From: Callorhinchus milii
Taxonomy: Eukaryota
Assembly: GCF_018977255.1 (NCBI RefSeq)
Contig: NW_024704742.1
Span: 47,060,001-47,124,000 of the forward strand
Reading direction: 5' to 3'
DNA: 64,000 nt
Made by a program: the position numbers and the translations under genes. A model generated the notes under the pieces. It worked only from the letters and a program-made list of their open reading frames with translations, was not told the origin of the DNA and ran no database searches. Shown one piece after another: positions 1-12,376 of the stretch. Each line of letters begins with the position of its first letter. Positions within the stretch are counted from its first letter, which is position 1.

Positions 1-490
1 GAACAATTGGCAGCTGGGATCACAAGTGCTCAGAAACCTGTATTATGTTTGAGTGTCAGAAGGAACAAAATACCAGTTGTTTTTGATGGGGAGGAGGAGG
101 ATGTCAAAACCCTAAAGAGATGAATATGCTGTGTACATTCTAAGGTAAAAGATTTAAGAAAATGTAAAAAATAAAGCACATGAATAAAACATTGTGGTTT
201 TACTATGTAAGTCCCTGGTACATATACATGGCATCGACTGCAAGTCGTGAGTTTAAAATCACTCACAATGGTTAAGTTAATGCAGTGAGAATTCAGAGGT
301 GATATTACCCAGACACCATTCAAAGAAGCATTCCTGAACTCTATAGACTGAATAGAGTTTCACCTGCACTCTTCTTCAAATTTGAAATTTCTAGTCATTT
401 CACATCCAATAAACCTTGTGTTCTTCCCACATGTGTGATTTTACTAGCAGTTTACTAGCAGTCCACTGTTTTCTTCTTCTGTGGTGAGGA

Positions 491-845
491 AAATAATAAT
501 AATAATAATAATAATCCTTGCATTTGATATAGCGACTTATCACACCGTTCAGATGTTTCAAAGAATTTCACAGACTATATTGTAAAGTGAATTGACTATA
601 TATTTTGTGAGCGAATAGCAGCAGTCAATTGAGCACAGAAGTATCCCAGAAACAGTTGCAGATTGAGAGACCAAATTTTTATTATCATTATTTTTTTCAG
701 AGCGATTGTTACTCGGAAATGGATCCATCAATCAACTAACAACCGGGTTTCTATTTATTGCTATGTAAACAGAGGTGTGTGGAGTAAGGAAACTTACCTA
801 AGGTTTTTGCCCTGCCAGAGAATCGAACCCAGGTCCTTTCACTTA
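491..845 (-). mobile_element. tRNA-derived SINE (same family as 30612), head truncated
   Basis: Reverse strand shows B-box-like cctgggttcgattc, the body aagtttccttactccacac and the shared tail ending atcaaatgcaagga(tta)n. Confidence 0.85.
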
Positions 846-1125
846 GAATAGAATAAAGAGAAAGGGGTGGAATATAAAGACTGGCACAGACTAGTTGGGG
901 CGAGTGGCTGTTTCTTGCCATATCACTCTACGTGACTATGTAACAAAGGTAATTTGGTATCTTCAGGATGCAGTCAACAGAGTTACCACGAGCATGGATT
1001 GCCCAGGCAGGTGGCATTTCACTGGAGACTATTATGCAAGTCACGCAAACCATGCGTAAAATCTGCTGGACATAATGACACGAGCTCCCTGCAATGACAG
1101 CTAAAAACTCATTGTTTCCTCACAG

Positions 1126-1214
1126 ACACAGAGGCAGAAAGGAACTCGCTGAAGGAGCATGTGTACCCCAAACTACGGGAGTTCTGCAGGGAGAACTATG
1201 GCCTCGAATTCCAG
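1126..1214 (+). CDS. NWD2: NWD2 coding exon 2 (89 bp; exon 1 is upstream of the window), part of the N-terminal TIR-like/DUF4062-type domain
   Basis: Acceptor tttcctcacag|AC, donor CAG|gtaatg. Translates (D)TEAERNSLKEHVYPKLREFCRENYGLEFQ, matching the recalled vertebrate NWD2 N-terminus (DTGAERQALRENVYPKLREFCRENYGLEFQ). Starts phase 1, ends phase 0. Confidence 0.93.
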
Positions 1215-1963
1215 GTAATGGACCCAACATTTATTGCCCCTGATATTGATTTCATTGATTTGATGGAAAAATTCAAACTTGTAGTTTAATATTAAAAAAA
1301 TTACCCACAAAATGTTTTCCCATTCTTGTGGGATAACAGCAAAACCACAGAACGCAAGCTACCTGTAATTCAGCATCATTACACTAAAAAATTATTTGCC
1401 TTTGGAAATATATTGTTTAATTTGCACTTAATTAATTTGGGCGTCGTAGTTTCTTATTTTATTCTGCGAGTGGGAAAAGGAGCTAAAGTCACAGAGAACA
1501 GCATTCAAATAATTGGGCTGGCCTTGGGAGCCACAATTGTCCTTGTATATCCAGCCCTGCAGTTTTTTGCAACTATTCCCTGGGTGGGAGGCCAGACATT
1601 TCTAGCATATATCTGTAACCACTCATTAAGAGGTACTCAGGATTGGTGATGTTTCCTCCAATCTTATACATCTCCACTAGGAACCTCCTCCTATCAGACC
1701 AGAACATTTCATGGGTAAAAAACAGCACAGCCCGGACTTTACAGCTATTTTGAGATCATAGTTTTGAAGAGTAATAACTTCAATAGCTTGGTACTTGGGC
1801 TTTGATTCTGCGATGGAAGGACCTACGGGTGGGTATTCTCCAGGGATGAGATCAGATGAGCCGAAGAACCTTTTTAATCCGAATCAATCTTATAATCTTG
1901 TTAAGAGTTTCAATTTGATTTTTGTTTCTGTTAAGTAATGCAGGCTATAATGTTACACTCTCA

Positions 1964-1978
1964 CCACTAGGGGGCATC
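1964..1978 (+). promoter_or_regulatory. Candidate CTCF motif
   Basis: CCACTAGGGGGCATC closely matches the CTCF core consensus and lies in unique intronic DNA. Motif match only. Confidence 0.4.
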
Positions 1979-2157
1979 ACAGCTAACCATTCTGCAGTGT
2001 ACTCTGGGTAGGATAATTGTAAAATTATTTGACTTTTCATCTAATTTGGGTTCACAAATAAATTGAGCCTTTTGTTTTGCTTTTAATTTGGAGAAACATT
2101 GGTGTAAATAACGTTCCTTTAATGGACCATTCTCTGGCTTTTATTATTTCATATAAC

Positions 2158-4967
2158 CTCACTGAAACCTGGGTCACCTTCCCCCTGACCAAGGCTGCAC
2201 CACTCACTATACTCAACAGCTTCCACCATACCCCATGACCTAACCGCAGTGGTGGCGGTTTGGCTCACATCTCCCAGTGCCAACTCAGTCTATCCCTTCT
2301 TCAGAACCTTCCCCTCCTTTGAGCACCTTATCCTCTACCATCCCTCCAACTTTTCCCTCAAAATCCTCCTCGATTATTATCCCCCAAACCCTCCCCCACC
2401 TTTCATTCGGATATCTCCACCTTCCTATCTTCCCTCTTCCTCTGCTCTGAACGCCTCCTATCCTAGGCGACTTCAACCTGCACTTCACCCCCCTCCTGCT
2501 CCATCTCTGCTGACTTTTCTCTCCTCTCACAACCTCTCTCTCCACACCCACTCTGCCACCCATATCCATGGCTACCTACTCGACCTGGTGATCACCCGGG
2601 GCCTCAACATCTCTGACCTCACCATCATCAACAAAGCGATCTCCGACCATTACTTCATCTCCCTTAACTCCTTAATCCCTCTCCCCACTGCTACCCAACC
2701 CACCTCTATCTCCTACCGCCCCTCGAAAAGAATCTTCCCCCTCTTCCTGCTTTGGAGTCATCTGAATTCCTCCCACCCTGGGCTTCCTCCCACAATGACC
2801 TAGCCTCCTCGGTCACTCTCCTCCACAACTCCCTCTCCACCACTCACGATTCCCATGCTCCCCTCACTTCCTGAACCATCTCTTACTCACAGACGTCACC
2901 CTGGTACACTAGCCACCTCCGGTCCCTTAAGGCTCAGGTGAGTGCCGCTGAACGCACCTGGCTCAAATCCAACTTAATAGTCCATCAGCAGATCTGCCTG
3001 GACCTTATCAAATCTTACCACTCCACCCTCGCCTCTGCTGAATCGTCCTTCTACTCCAAGACAATCTTGGAGGCTAAGGACAACCCCAGGCTCCTCTTCT
3101 CCATCACCAACCAGCTCCTCCACCCATCCTCTCATGCCTCGCCCATCCTTACCTCAAATGCCAACTGCGAGGTGCTGCTGGCTTCCTCAAAACCAAAGTC
3201 GAGGGGATTCGCTCATCTGCCTCTGCCCTTCCGACTACTATTCCTTCCCCATCTCCCTATCACAACCATTCCTCCCTCCACACCAGCGAACCTGTATCCC
3301 ACTCCTCTCACCACCACCACCATAACCCATATGAAACAGATTACCTGCTCCCTTGACCCCATCCCTACACCTCTCCTCAGCTCCCAACTCCACCTCCATT
3401 CCCCTCTACTCACTGGCATCATAAAACTCTCCCTGTCCACTGATACTGTTCCCATCCCTTTAAAAATGGCTGTCATCACTCCTATCCTTAAAAAACTCTC
3501 CCTGGACCCATTCCTGCACTCAAACTACCGCCCCATCTCCAACCTCCCTTTCTTCTCCAAGGTCCCCGAACAAGTCGTTGCTTCCCAGCTTCGATCCTTC
3601 CCCTCCTGCCACTCCCTTCATGAACCCCTCCAATCAGGTTTCCATGCCACCCACAACACAGAAAGAGTTTTGGTCAAAGTGACAAATCGCATTTTGTCTA
3701 TCTACGACCAGGACTCCCTCTGCCTCCTCGTCCTCCTTGACCTCTCTGCTGCCTTCAATACCATTGACCGTTCTATCTTCATCCACCGCCTCTGCTTTCA
3801 CCTCAACCTTCATGGTTCTGTCCTTGAATGGTTCAGATCCTACCTTTCATACCATCTCCACTCCATCGCCACAAACGGCTTCTCCTCCAGACCCCGCACC
3901 GTCTCGTGTGGAGTTCCTCAGGGCTCTGTCCTTGTTCCCTCCTTTTCAATATCTATATGCTCCCACTTGGTGACATCATCCACAGACATGGGGTCAATTG
4001 CCACATGTATGAAGATGATACCCAGCTCTATCTCTCTGCCTCCACCCTCGACTCCAGGGCCACTGCTGTCCTGACAGAATGTCTGTCAGACATCAAGTCT
4101 TGGATGAGAGCTAACTTTCTACAGTTGAACATCAACAAAACCGAGGCTCTCAAATTGACTTCCATCAGCACTTCCACACCTCAGGCACTAACAGCATTAC
4201 CATCCAAGGATGCATAATCCACCTTACTAAGCCAGTCCAGAACCTTGGCGTCATTTTGACCCTCAACTATCCTTCCTACCCCAGATCCGTGCCATGACCT
4301 GCTATGCCTTCTCCCTCCTCCGCAATATCACCCGGCTCCACCATTGTCTCACACCGCAGGCCACCGAGTCCCTCATACGTGCATTATTACATCGAGGCTT
4401 GACTATGCAAACTCCCTGCTTGTTGGCCTCCCCAACCCCTCCCTCCATAGGCTGCAGATCATCCAGAACTCTCCAGCCTGTGTCCTCTCCCGCTCCTTGT
4501 CCCCATTACCCCCATCCTCACCCGACTCCACTGGTTTCCCATCACACAGAGGATACAATTCAAGATCCTGGTCCTCACCTTCAAAGCCCTCCATAGTCTT
4601 GCTCCCCCCTACCTCTGCGATCTCCTAAACCCCTACCAACCTGCTCGCTCCCTTTGCTCAGCAGGCTCTGACCTGCTTCACGTCCCCCACCTCGCCCACC
4701 CCATCATTGGCGGGCGGGCCTTCTGCCATACTGCCCCCATCCTCTGGAACTCCACCCCACAGTCCCTCCGCCTCGCCCCCTCCTTTGCCTCCTTCAAGAC
4801 CCATCTCAAGACCCTCCTCTTCGACCGTGCCTTTGGTCACCCTTCTTCGGCCTCTGCCCTCCCCGATCCCGAGCCCAGCTCAGGTCCAAAACTTTGACTG
4901 TCCAGCACCTTGGGACTTCTTCCCGACGTGAAAGGCGCTTTACAAATGTAATTTTGTTGTTGCTGTT
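2158..4967 (+). mobile_element. L2-clade LINE, 5'-truncated and frameshifted ORF2 (APE endonuclease plus reverse transcriptase) with 3' tail
   Basis: APE motifs LTETW, THIHGYLLDLVITRG and ISDH. RT motifs NYRPISNLPF, QSGF, LLDLSAAF, GVPQGS and MYEDDTQLY, then SRLDY. Tail ...cccgacgtgaaaggcgctttacaaatgtaa(ttg)n. Confidence 0.95.
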
Positions 4968-5712
4968 TATCTTCATAAAAAACCTGAGACCTCTTACTTT
5001 GTCTAATTGTAGATCCTTTGTCACCTCTTCCCATTGTAAGCACCAGTCCAAACAAAATGTCAAGCAGTATACATGTAAATGGATGTTTAGAGACAGGTTA
5101 TGGGACAAAGGTTATTGAGGCTCCAAACATATCCTGTCATCTCCTGCAGCTTCACCTCAGGGAAGGTGGGAACTGTTATCTAGAAGGAAGTCTGAACTGG
5201 AAAACCTGTTGGCATTTTATGTCTTATCATTGTGGAAAATCAGATTGGGTATCAGTGTGGATAAAGTATTTTAAGCATAATATGCTCATTTATTAAAATC
5301 AAATGCAGTGTCATCAAACTGATGTTTCCATCATGAAAGTGGGCATTGAATTTTACAGTTTCTTGAAGTAGAGCATCATACACTGAACTGGTGTCCCAGG
5401 TGACAATTTATACAGTACTCTGTATATCACTTAAGGTATCGCCCTATTGTACTAATGGCATTGACTTGTCAGAGGATGTGCACACTCCTCCTTCTCGACT
5501 TTGAAGCAGTGGTTGATCTTGATGTTGGCTCGTTGCATTGAGTAATCATAAACAGTTTAGCTTCTCAAAAAAAAAAGTTAAAGCAATACTGCATTTCATG
5601 CCATTCCAATCCACAAATTTGGAATATCCCATGGGCAGCAAGAGTGGCCCCAGGCCCAGCCTTGTGATAGAATTGGGAAAGCCACCTCTGTGGACCAGCC
5701 ACTTGTCTTTAG

Positions 5713-6040
5713 GTGTCAGCTTGGCTTATGTAGTCACAATCTCACCTTTATTTCAGACTTTAGTGGGTGTATAAGCTTGGCTAGCACTCTCGAAGAGTGG
5801 AATGGAGGAGCATTATATTGTCAAAGGTGGCATTGATCGAATCAGATGCTAAAAGGAAGTTCTGCCTGCTTGATCAAGTGGTTGTTAAGGATTTGGCACT
5901 ATTCAAGAAGAGAAGGGAGTTTCTCCTGATAGAGTGGCACACAATCCTTCAAATAAATTGGACATTCATCTCCTGACTGTTTGTAGGATTTGACTGTGTG
6001 CAAAATAGCTGCCTCATTTGCCTGCAAACAAGTTACTACA
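5713..6040 (+). mobile_element. Degenerate Deu-domain SINE
   Basis: Head gtgtcagcttggct... and Deu-like core (ggcactattcaagaagagaagggagtttctcc), aligned by eye to 9111-9390. Confidence 0.6.
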
Positions 6041-6464
6041 TGTTACAGGAATTATTATGATATGCTTTGAGGTGTTTGAAACAAAAGTAAGTTTTTCTTT
6101 TGTTAGCAGCAAGACAGTGGTAATTAACACAACCTGGATTGCGATTTCAGCCCTCTGTTGCGATTCTGTTCTAATGTAGCAACAGCCCTGCTTCAGTTCC
6201 TTGGTCTCAATGTACTGCATCCAGTTTTCCTGCTGGCCTGAAGACACTTAACGTGGGCTTTCACACAGCTACAGCTAGCAGCAGGAGGGCAAAAGGAAGC
6301 CTTGTGCTTGAGATGGTCCTGCCAGCTCCAATCTGTTTGCACATTGTAGCAGTATATGAGCTGCATGGCTCTCTGTGGAGCAGAAATTACTACACACATC
6401 ACAGCTGTTTTTTTTAACGCCTCTCTTAGGTTCATTTCTTGTCAGATCGTATCCGTAGCAGATA

Positions 6465-6615
6465 TAATAATAATTTTTGAATTTGATATAGGGCCTTATC
6501 ATGTCGTTGAGACATCTCAAAGCGCTTCACAGAATATAGTGTAAAGTGGATTGACTGTGCAGTTTTGTGGGTGAAACGTGGCAGCCAATTGCACACAGCG
6601 GTGCCCCCCAAACAT
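6465..6615 (-). mobile_element. SINE 3' module (shared tail)
   Basis: Reverse complement of tgtgtgcaattggctgccacgtttcacccacaaaa...gtgaagcgctttgagatgtctc...(tta)n. Confidence 0.8.
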
Positions 6616-7019
6616 TTGTGATATTTAGGTCAAATATCAAAAATGAGGCTTTCATATTGCATCTTGTATCCCATTCTCATTAACTTCAGCTTTAATGTTG
6701 TTGCGTTGGATTTTTAGCACATAAATATCAGCTGAAAACTTACATTCTAAAACCCTGGTGTAATCAGCAAATGCATCACTATCTAAGTGCAGAAATACAT
6801 TCAGTTCTTCTGGTAATTCTCACTTGGAAAAGATCATCATAAACACATTTAACTGTTTGATGTGTGAGAATTAGCACAATTGTGTACACACTAAAGAGCA
6901 GCATCAAAGTTTTCTCCCCATACATACACACACACACAGACACACAGTCACACAAACTTACACAACATGCACACGCACATACAACATGGACACACACACA
7001 CAAACGCATACAGGACAGG

Positions 7020-7400
7020 GCAAGGAAGAGGGACTCCAGGATGGAGTTTCAGAGAGCACGGGCAGATTGGCTGAAAAATTGGCCATTAGTGGTGGGCATG
7101 AAGCAAACTGGTGTTCCCTTAGTGGAGAGAGCAGCTAGGGTGGTAGGGTAGAGGTAGGGTAGGCAAGGCTTGGAGGGATTTGAACATGAGTGCAAGGATC
7201 TTGAATCTGATTCATTGGAGAATGGGGAGTCAATGGAGCCGAGCAAGGATGGGGGTGACAGGGCTCACAGAGTCTGGTGCAGGAGAGGACACAGGCTGCA
7301 AAGTTCTGGATGGTCTGCAGCTTGTGTAGGGAGGAGCTGGGGAGTCTGGTGAACAGAGTGTTTGAATGGTCTTTGAATGTGAAGACATTAATGAGGATCT
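7020..7400 (-). mobile_element. L2 LINE 3' fragment flanked by degenerate (CA)n tracts
   Basis: Minus-strand translation LPSSSLHKLQTIQNFAACVLSCTRL resembles the L2 ORF2 C-terminus. CA-rich tracts at ~6920-7010 and ~7420-7500. Confidence 0.8.
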
Positions 7401-7777
7401 CAGCAGCCCATGGAGACCCAGACACACATATACACACATATACAGACAGGCATATACAAACCCACACATACACACACAAACATACATCTATGTGCATACA
7501 CAAGTATATGGGATAAAATCTACAGGCTTTCTTAACCCATGGTATTAATTAATGGCAAAGTATGAAATCGTTGGAAATTTGTGATTTAAAGTTGTCTTAT
7601 TTTATGCCACTATTTAAATGTACTCACAATGTAATCCCTGAGCAGGTATTCAGGCTGAGGGTTATGATGGGGTCAATAGGGAAACATTATTTCCACTGGT
7701 CGGAGAATCAGTGTTGAAAGCAAATCAATTTAAAATAATAAACAAAGGGACTGATTAGGAGGAGTTGTTTTACACAG

Positions 7778-8200
7778 ATCATAGAATTATACAGCACAAA
7801 AGGAGGCCATTCGGCCCATCGTGTCTGTGCCGGCTCCTTGAAAAGTGTTATCCAAATCAATCTCACACCCCCACTCTCTCCCCATAGCCCTGCAAACTTG
7901 TCCTCCCCAAATAATTATCTACTTCTCTCTTAAAAGTTGTTACCGAATCGGCTTCCATCACCTTGTCAGGCAATGCATTCCAGATCCGAACAACTCACTG
8001 TGTGAAAAAATTTCTGCTCACCTCCCCTCTGTTTCTTTCAACAACTATTTTAAATCGGTGTCCTCGGGTTACCGACCCACCCGCCAGTGGAAATAGTTTC
8101 TCCTTGTTCACCTATCAAATCCTTCATAATTTTGAAAACTTCTATTAAGTCTCCTCTTAACTTAACTTAACTCTGCTCCAAGGAGAAGAATCCCAGCTTC
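7778..8200 (-). mobile_element. CR1-clade LINE 3' end; a + strand CR1 fragment lies at ~7655-7777
   Basis: atcatagaattatacagcacaaaaggaggccattcggcccatcg... is the reverse complement of a typical CR1 3' tail, followed by CR1 ORF2 C-terminal sequence. Confidence 0.8.
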
Positions 8201-8224
8201 TATTTACCTCCTGGTAAATCTACC

Positions 8225-8462
8225 CTCTCCACACACAGTCCACTCCCCCCTCACACACACATAGCTCACTCCCACACTCACACAAACAGCCCACTCCCCT
8301 CACACACACATAGCTCACTCCCCCTCTCACACACATAGCTCACTCCCCCCCTCACACAAACAGCCCACTCCCCCACCTCACTCACAGCCCACTCACACAC
8401 AGCTCACTCCCCATCTCACGCAAAGCCCGCTCCTCCTCACACACACAACCCGTCTCCCCTCA
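8225..8462. repeat. C/A-rich minisatellite, about 10 imperfect units of roughly 15-27 bp (acacacatagctcactccccctc-like)
   Basis: Repeated units acacacatagctcactcccc and acacaaacagcccactcccc are directly visible. Confidence 0.85.
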
Positions 8463-8527
8463 TACAGCCTGCTTCTTTCATTGCCATGTTTTTTTTTAAC
8501 AATTACTTTTTGCACATCAATTTGCAG

Positions 8528-8644
8528 GTGATAGATGTTTACTGGGGACTGGACCCAGAAGAGTGGGATAGCCCAGAGCTCCATAGGACCCGGATGAACC
8601 TCCTAGAAGATTGCCTGAAAACATCTGCTGGTCCATGTTTTGTT
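8528..8644 (+). CDS. NWD2: NWD2 coding exon 3 (117 bp)
   Basis: Acceptor aatttgcag|GTG, donor GTT|gtgggt. Translates VIDVYWGLDPEEWDSPELHRTRMNLLEDCLKTSAGPCFV (inside ORF 8486-8692). Phase 0-0. Confidence 0.94.
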
Positions 8645-9110
8645 GTGGGTATATCACCATTTACCTGTAGCTTCTTGAACTTGAAAGCATGATTTGTGAC
8701 TTAAAATGTTTTCAGCGATTGTGTGTTCTTTTCCATTGTCAGGCTCCGTGCTATTCAATGCCTAGAGTTATATAGTAAATGAAACCTTTGGAAAGTTTGA
8801 GTAGACTCTGGAGCAGATGAAAATATGTTTTGCAGGGTAACCCAAAAAAAGTGATGCCATTACAATGTCTAATAAGTCTTAAAGAAATGATGATATTTTG
8901 GTGTTTTTTTAGATAATAGGATAGGTATCGCGATTTTTTGGTCACCTTGTCATAACATGTCTCAATTTTCCTTCTAATATTACTAGTGATAGTACGGCAC
9001 ATTGTATTCCACTTGAATCTCACTTGAATATTATTATAGATATAGTGCTTCAGGTCAATTATAGTGAAGTGAGGCAGACACAGCATAACAATATGGACAT
9101 TGTACGGCAA

Positions 9111-9390
9111 CCTGGCTCAGTGGCTGTACTCTCGCCTCTGAGTCAGAAGGTTTTGTGTTGAAGCTGACACTGCAATGCAGTGCTGAGGGTGTTTGGAATT
9201 GTCAGGGGTGCTGTCCTTCGGATGAGACATTAAACCGAGGTCCGTCTGCCTGTTCAGGTAGATTTTAAAGATCCCATGGCAATACCCGAAAAGAGAAGAG
9301 ACTTTCTCTCTGTGTCCTGGCCAACAAATCCTCCAAATAAAATTGGTTACTCACTCCATGGCTGGAGCCACATTGCTGTGCGCAAATTGA
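9111..9390 (+). mobile_element. Deu-domain SINE (SacSINE1/AmnSINE1-like)
   Basis: Head cctggctcagtgg...ctgagtcagaagg and core gctgacactgcaatgcagtgctgaggg...cggatgagacattaaaccgaggtccgtctgcctgttcagg...aaagatcccatggc match the recalled Deu-domain consensus. Confidence 0.8.
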
Positions 9391-10936
9391 AACTCGCAAA
9401 CTCGGAAAAATGGACAAACAAAGAATCAAAAATTCAGCATGATTTATTTATACACATATAAATAGTAGCTATAGAAGTTTCTTTTTCTAAAAGCTCATTC
9501 AGAAAACATGTATAAGTAGAAATGTGGAGCTATTAATATAGAGCTATATCATGTGGTACTTTGCAGGCAGTTATATTGGTACATCAGCATTTTGACACAG
9601 ATGGGACCAGCCTGCTGTCTGGATGTTAAGATAGTTCCTAGGTGCTACCCAACATTTGACTGAGCTAGTGAGGATTCTGCTGGAGAGTCAGACATTATAG
9701 AGAGTTTACCATATCCATCACTTCACCATTATGACAGGGAGATGAGGCTGGACTGTATGTTATGGGCACTTGCTGTGCACAAACCGGCTGCCACATTTCG
9801 CCCACAAAAATACACAGTTTACAATATATCCTGTAAAGCGCTTTGAGACGTTTCAATGATATGATAGGTGCTATATCAAATGCAAGAATTATTATTGTTA
9901 TTATTAATGTGTACCTTGGATTTTGGCAACGCATAAACATTTTAAACACTTTCCACACCTCCTTTAATGTTACATTTCAGGGGAATCCCAATGCCATCTC
10001 TAACACAGTAGAGGATTGTCTCTTTAAGCACTTGCTATTATTATCCATTTTCCATTATGTAGTCTGCTTGGCTTCATCTCCTGCAAGCTTAAAAACCAAT
10101 TAAGTTCAGCCTGTGTGAAGCCTGCTTGGGACTTATCACATGATAAACCTCAGCACCACCTTCAGAAAGCAACTCCTCTTAGTCTAATAAAATCAACCTG
10201 CAGTGTTATTGCTCACTGGTCCCGCACACAGTACAGATTAGTGCTCAGGCAGTGGTGATTATTAACTCATTCACTTGGTCCTAATGGGGTTTCCCATGTT
10301 CCGACCTCAATGTCCTCTATACAGCCACAGTCGAAATGCCAAAGGCTTCTTGCCAGGCAATACAATAAACACGTCACCAAACTCTGTGGGACTTTTGGAG
10401 AAGACATTAAATGGTGTCTTTAGGAGGTATGAAGATAACTTAATTGCCACACAACATGAAAATACATTTCCGTACTCATTTCCCTGCCTTTTCTTCATTC
10501 GCTTTGATACCTTTGAGAAATAGTTACATTGTACACTGATTATTAAGCAGTTAAATGTATAATTATTTAAATTTCCCTGGTGTTCTCCTGGCTTTATTTA
10601 GTAAAGTGAAAGAAATATAATGCTAATAAGCTAGTGTCATGAAGTTTAGACTTTGAGAACTGTAATCATTTCACTGGAGTTTAAAGCTGAATGACTACAC
10701 TGTACTCGCTGACTTATCCAGGCCTGGTCTTGCGTTCCATTCTTTTTTAATGCCATTTTTTCTTCTAAATTTGGTACCGATCCCCACAAAGGGCTTGACT
10801 CCTTTTTCCTTTTACTGGGGTATGGTTCCACCAGTGACTGTCAGCTTCCGTTCCCTTGCCCACGTGAGTTTTATTCACGCGCAAGCCTTAATACTGAGTG
10901 CTGGTGGACTGTTTGGCCACAAGGCCTTTTTGATAT

Positions 10937-11337
10937 GTCAGCCTGGCTCACTGAGTCAAAAGGTTGTGGATTCATGCCCCACATCAGGACTTTGAACTCA
11001 CATATTCTATGCTGACACTTCAGTGCAGAGCCGGGGATATGCTGCATTGTAGGAAGTGAATTATTTGGACGAGATGTTAAACCGAGGTCCCATCTGCCTC
11101 TTCAGGTGGGCGTTAAAGAGCCCATGGCACGATTGGAAAAGCAAAAGAAGCTTCTCCCTGTGACCTGGCTGACAATTCCCCAAATTGTGTTTGTGGCACA
11201 TTGCGCTATTCAAATGGGCTGCCACGTTCGCCTGCAAATACACAGTTTCTCCACTTTACAGTATATCCTCTGAAGCATTTTGAGACGTCCTCCTGAAGAT
11301 GAGAGGTGCTACAGCAAATGCAAGGATTACTATTACT
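10937..11337 (+). mobile_element. Deu-domain SINE ending in the shared 3' module
   Basis: Head, Deu core (gagatgttaaaccgaggtcccatctgcctcttcaggtgggcgttaaagagcccatggcac) and tail aaatgcaaggattactattact. Confidence 0.8.
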
Positions 11338-11374
11338 GCAATTGTTTTGCCTATAGGAGTACTGATCCTCATGC

Positions 11375-12376
11375 CTCTAACCTTGGCCCTTTCCTTTTCA
11401 CCCACATGCTCCCACTTAGTGATATTATCTGCAGGCATGGTGTCCAATTCCACATGTACGCAGATTATACTCAATTCTATCTCTCTGCCTTTGACCTTGA
11501 TTCCCGGAAAATTGCTGTTCTGACTGATTGCCCGTCATACATGTATAAAAATGTAATTTTTTTGCTGCTGTTGAGCCCTGGATGAATTTTAATTTCAATA
11601 TGACTGAGACTGTCCTGCTTGGCTTCCGTCAGTGCCTTCTCACCTCAGGGGATGACTGCATTGACCTGCACAGATGCTCACAGAGTCAGTGCAGAACGTC
11701 ACTGCTTTATTTGACCCTCAACTGTCTTTGAACTAATTAATCTAGGTTCTTACTCACATGGTTTCCCCTCACCTCTGCAACCTTGCCTGCCTCCGTCATT
11801 ACCTCTCCCCCACCCCCGGACTGCTGATACCCTCATTCACGCCTTCATCACTTCCAGGCTTGATTATTCCAGCACCCTCCTCACCAGATTTACCAGCTCC
11901 TCCCTACACAAGTTGCAGAACATCCAGAACTCTGTAGCCTGTGCCCTTTTCCTCATCAGGCTCCATGAGCCCATCATCCCATCCTCGCTCAGCTCCACAG
12001 GCTCCCCGCCCCTCAATGGTTTGAATTAAAAATTCTCATCCTCATGTTCGAACCCCCGCATCCCCTCCCCTCACCCTGTCTCTGTGACTTCCTGCCACCT
12101 GCTGTTTCAGCCACTCACTCCCCACGGCAAGTAATCTATCCCACCATCAATGGGGGATCTTTCAGGCACTCTGCCCCTGCTCTCTGGGACTGCATCCCAG
12201 AGTCCCTCCCCTTTGCCCCCTCCCTCCCCACTTTCAAAACTCACTTCAGGATATTTCCCTTCAACTATGTTTTCAGTTGCCTCTCCCCCCACCACCAACC
12301 CCAATCCCGTCAACCACCAAAGCACTTTTGAGAAATGTTGTGAATGGTGCTATATAAATGTAAATTGCTATTGTTG
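11375..12376 (+). mobile_element. Older, degenerate L2 LINE 3' half
   Basis: Translation LGPFLFTHMLPLSDIICRHGVQFHMYADYTQFY (RT region), ORF2 C-terminal remnants and an L2-like tail. Confidence 0.85.

Noticed and set aside
6779..7548. Several 60-122 aa ORFs rich in His/Thr or Cys/Val
   Set aside because: Translations of (CA)n tracts and an L2 fragment.
8225..8462. CRISPR-like repeat array
   Set aside because: Low-complexity tandem units without unique spacers, in a vertebrate intron with no cas genes.
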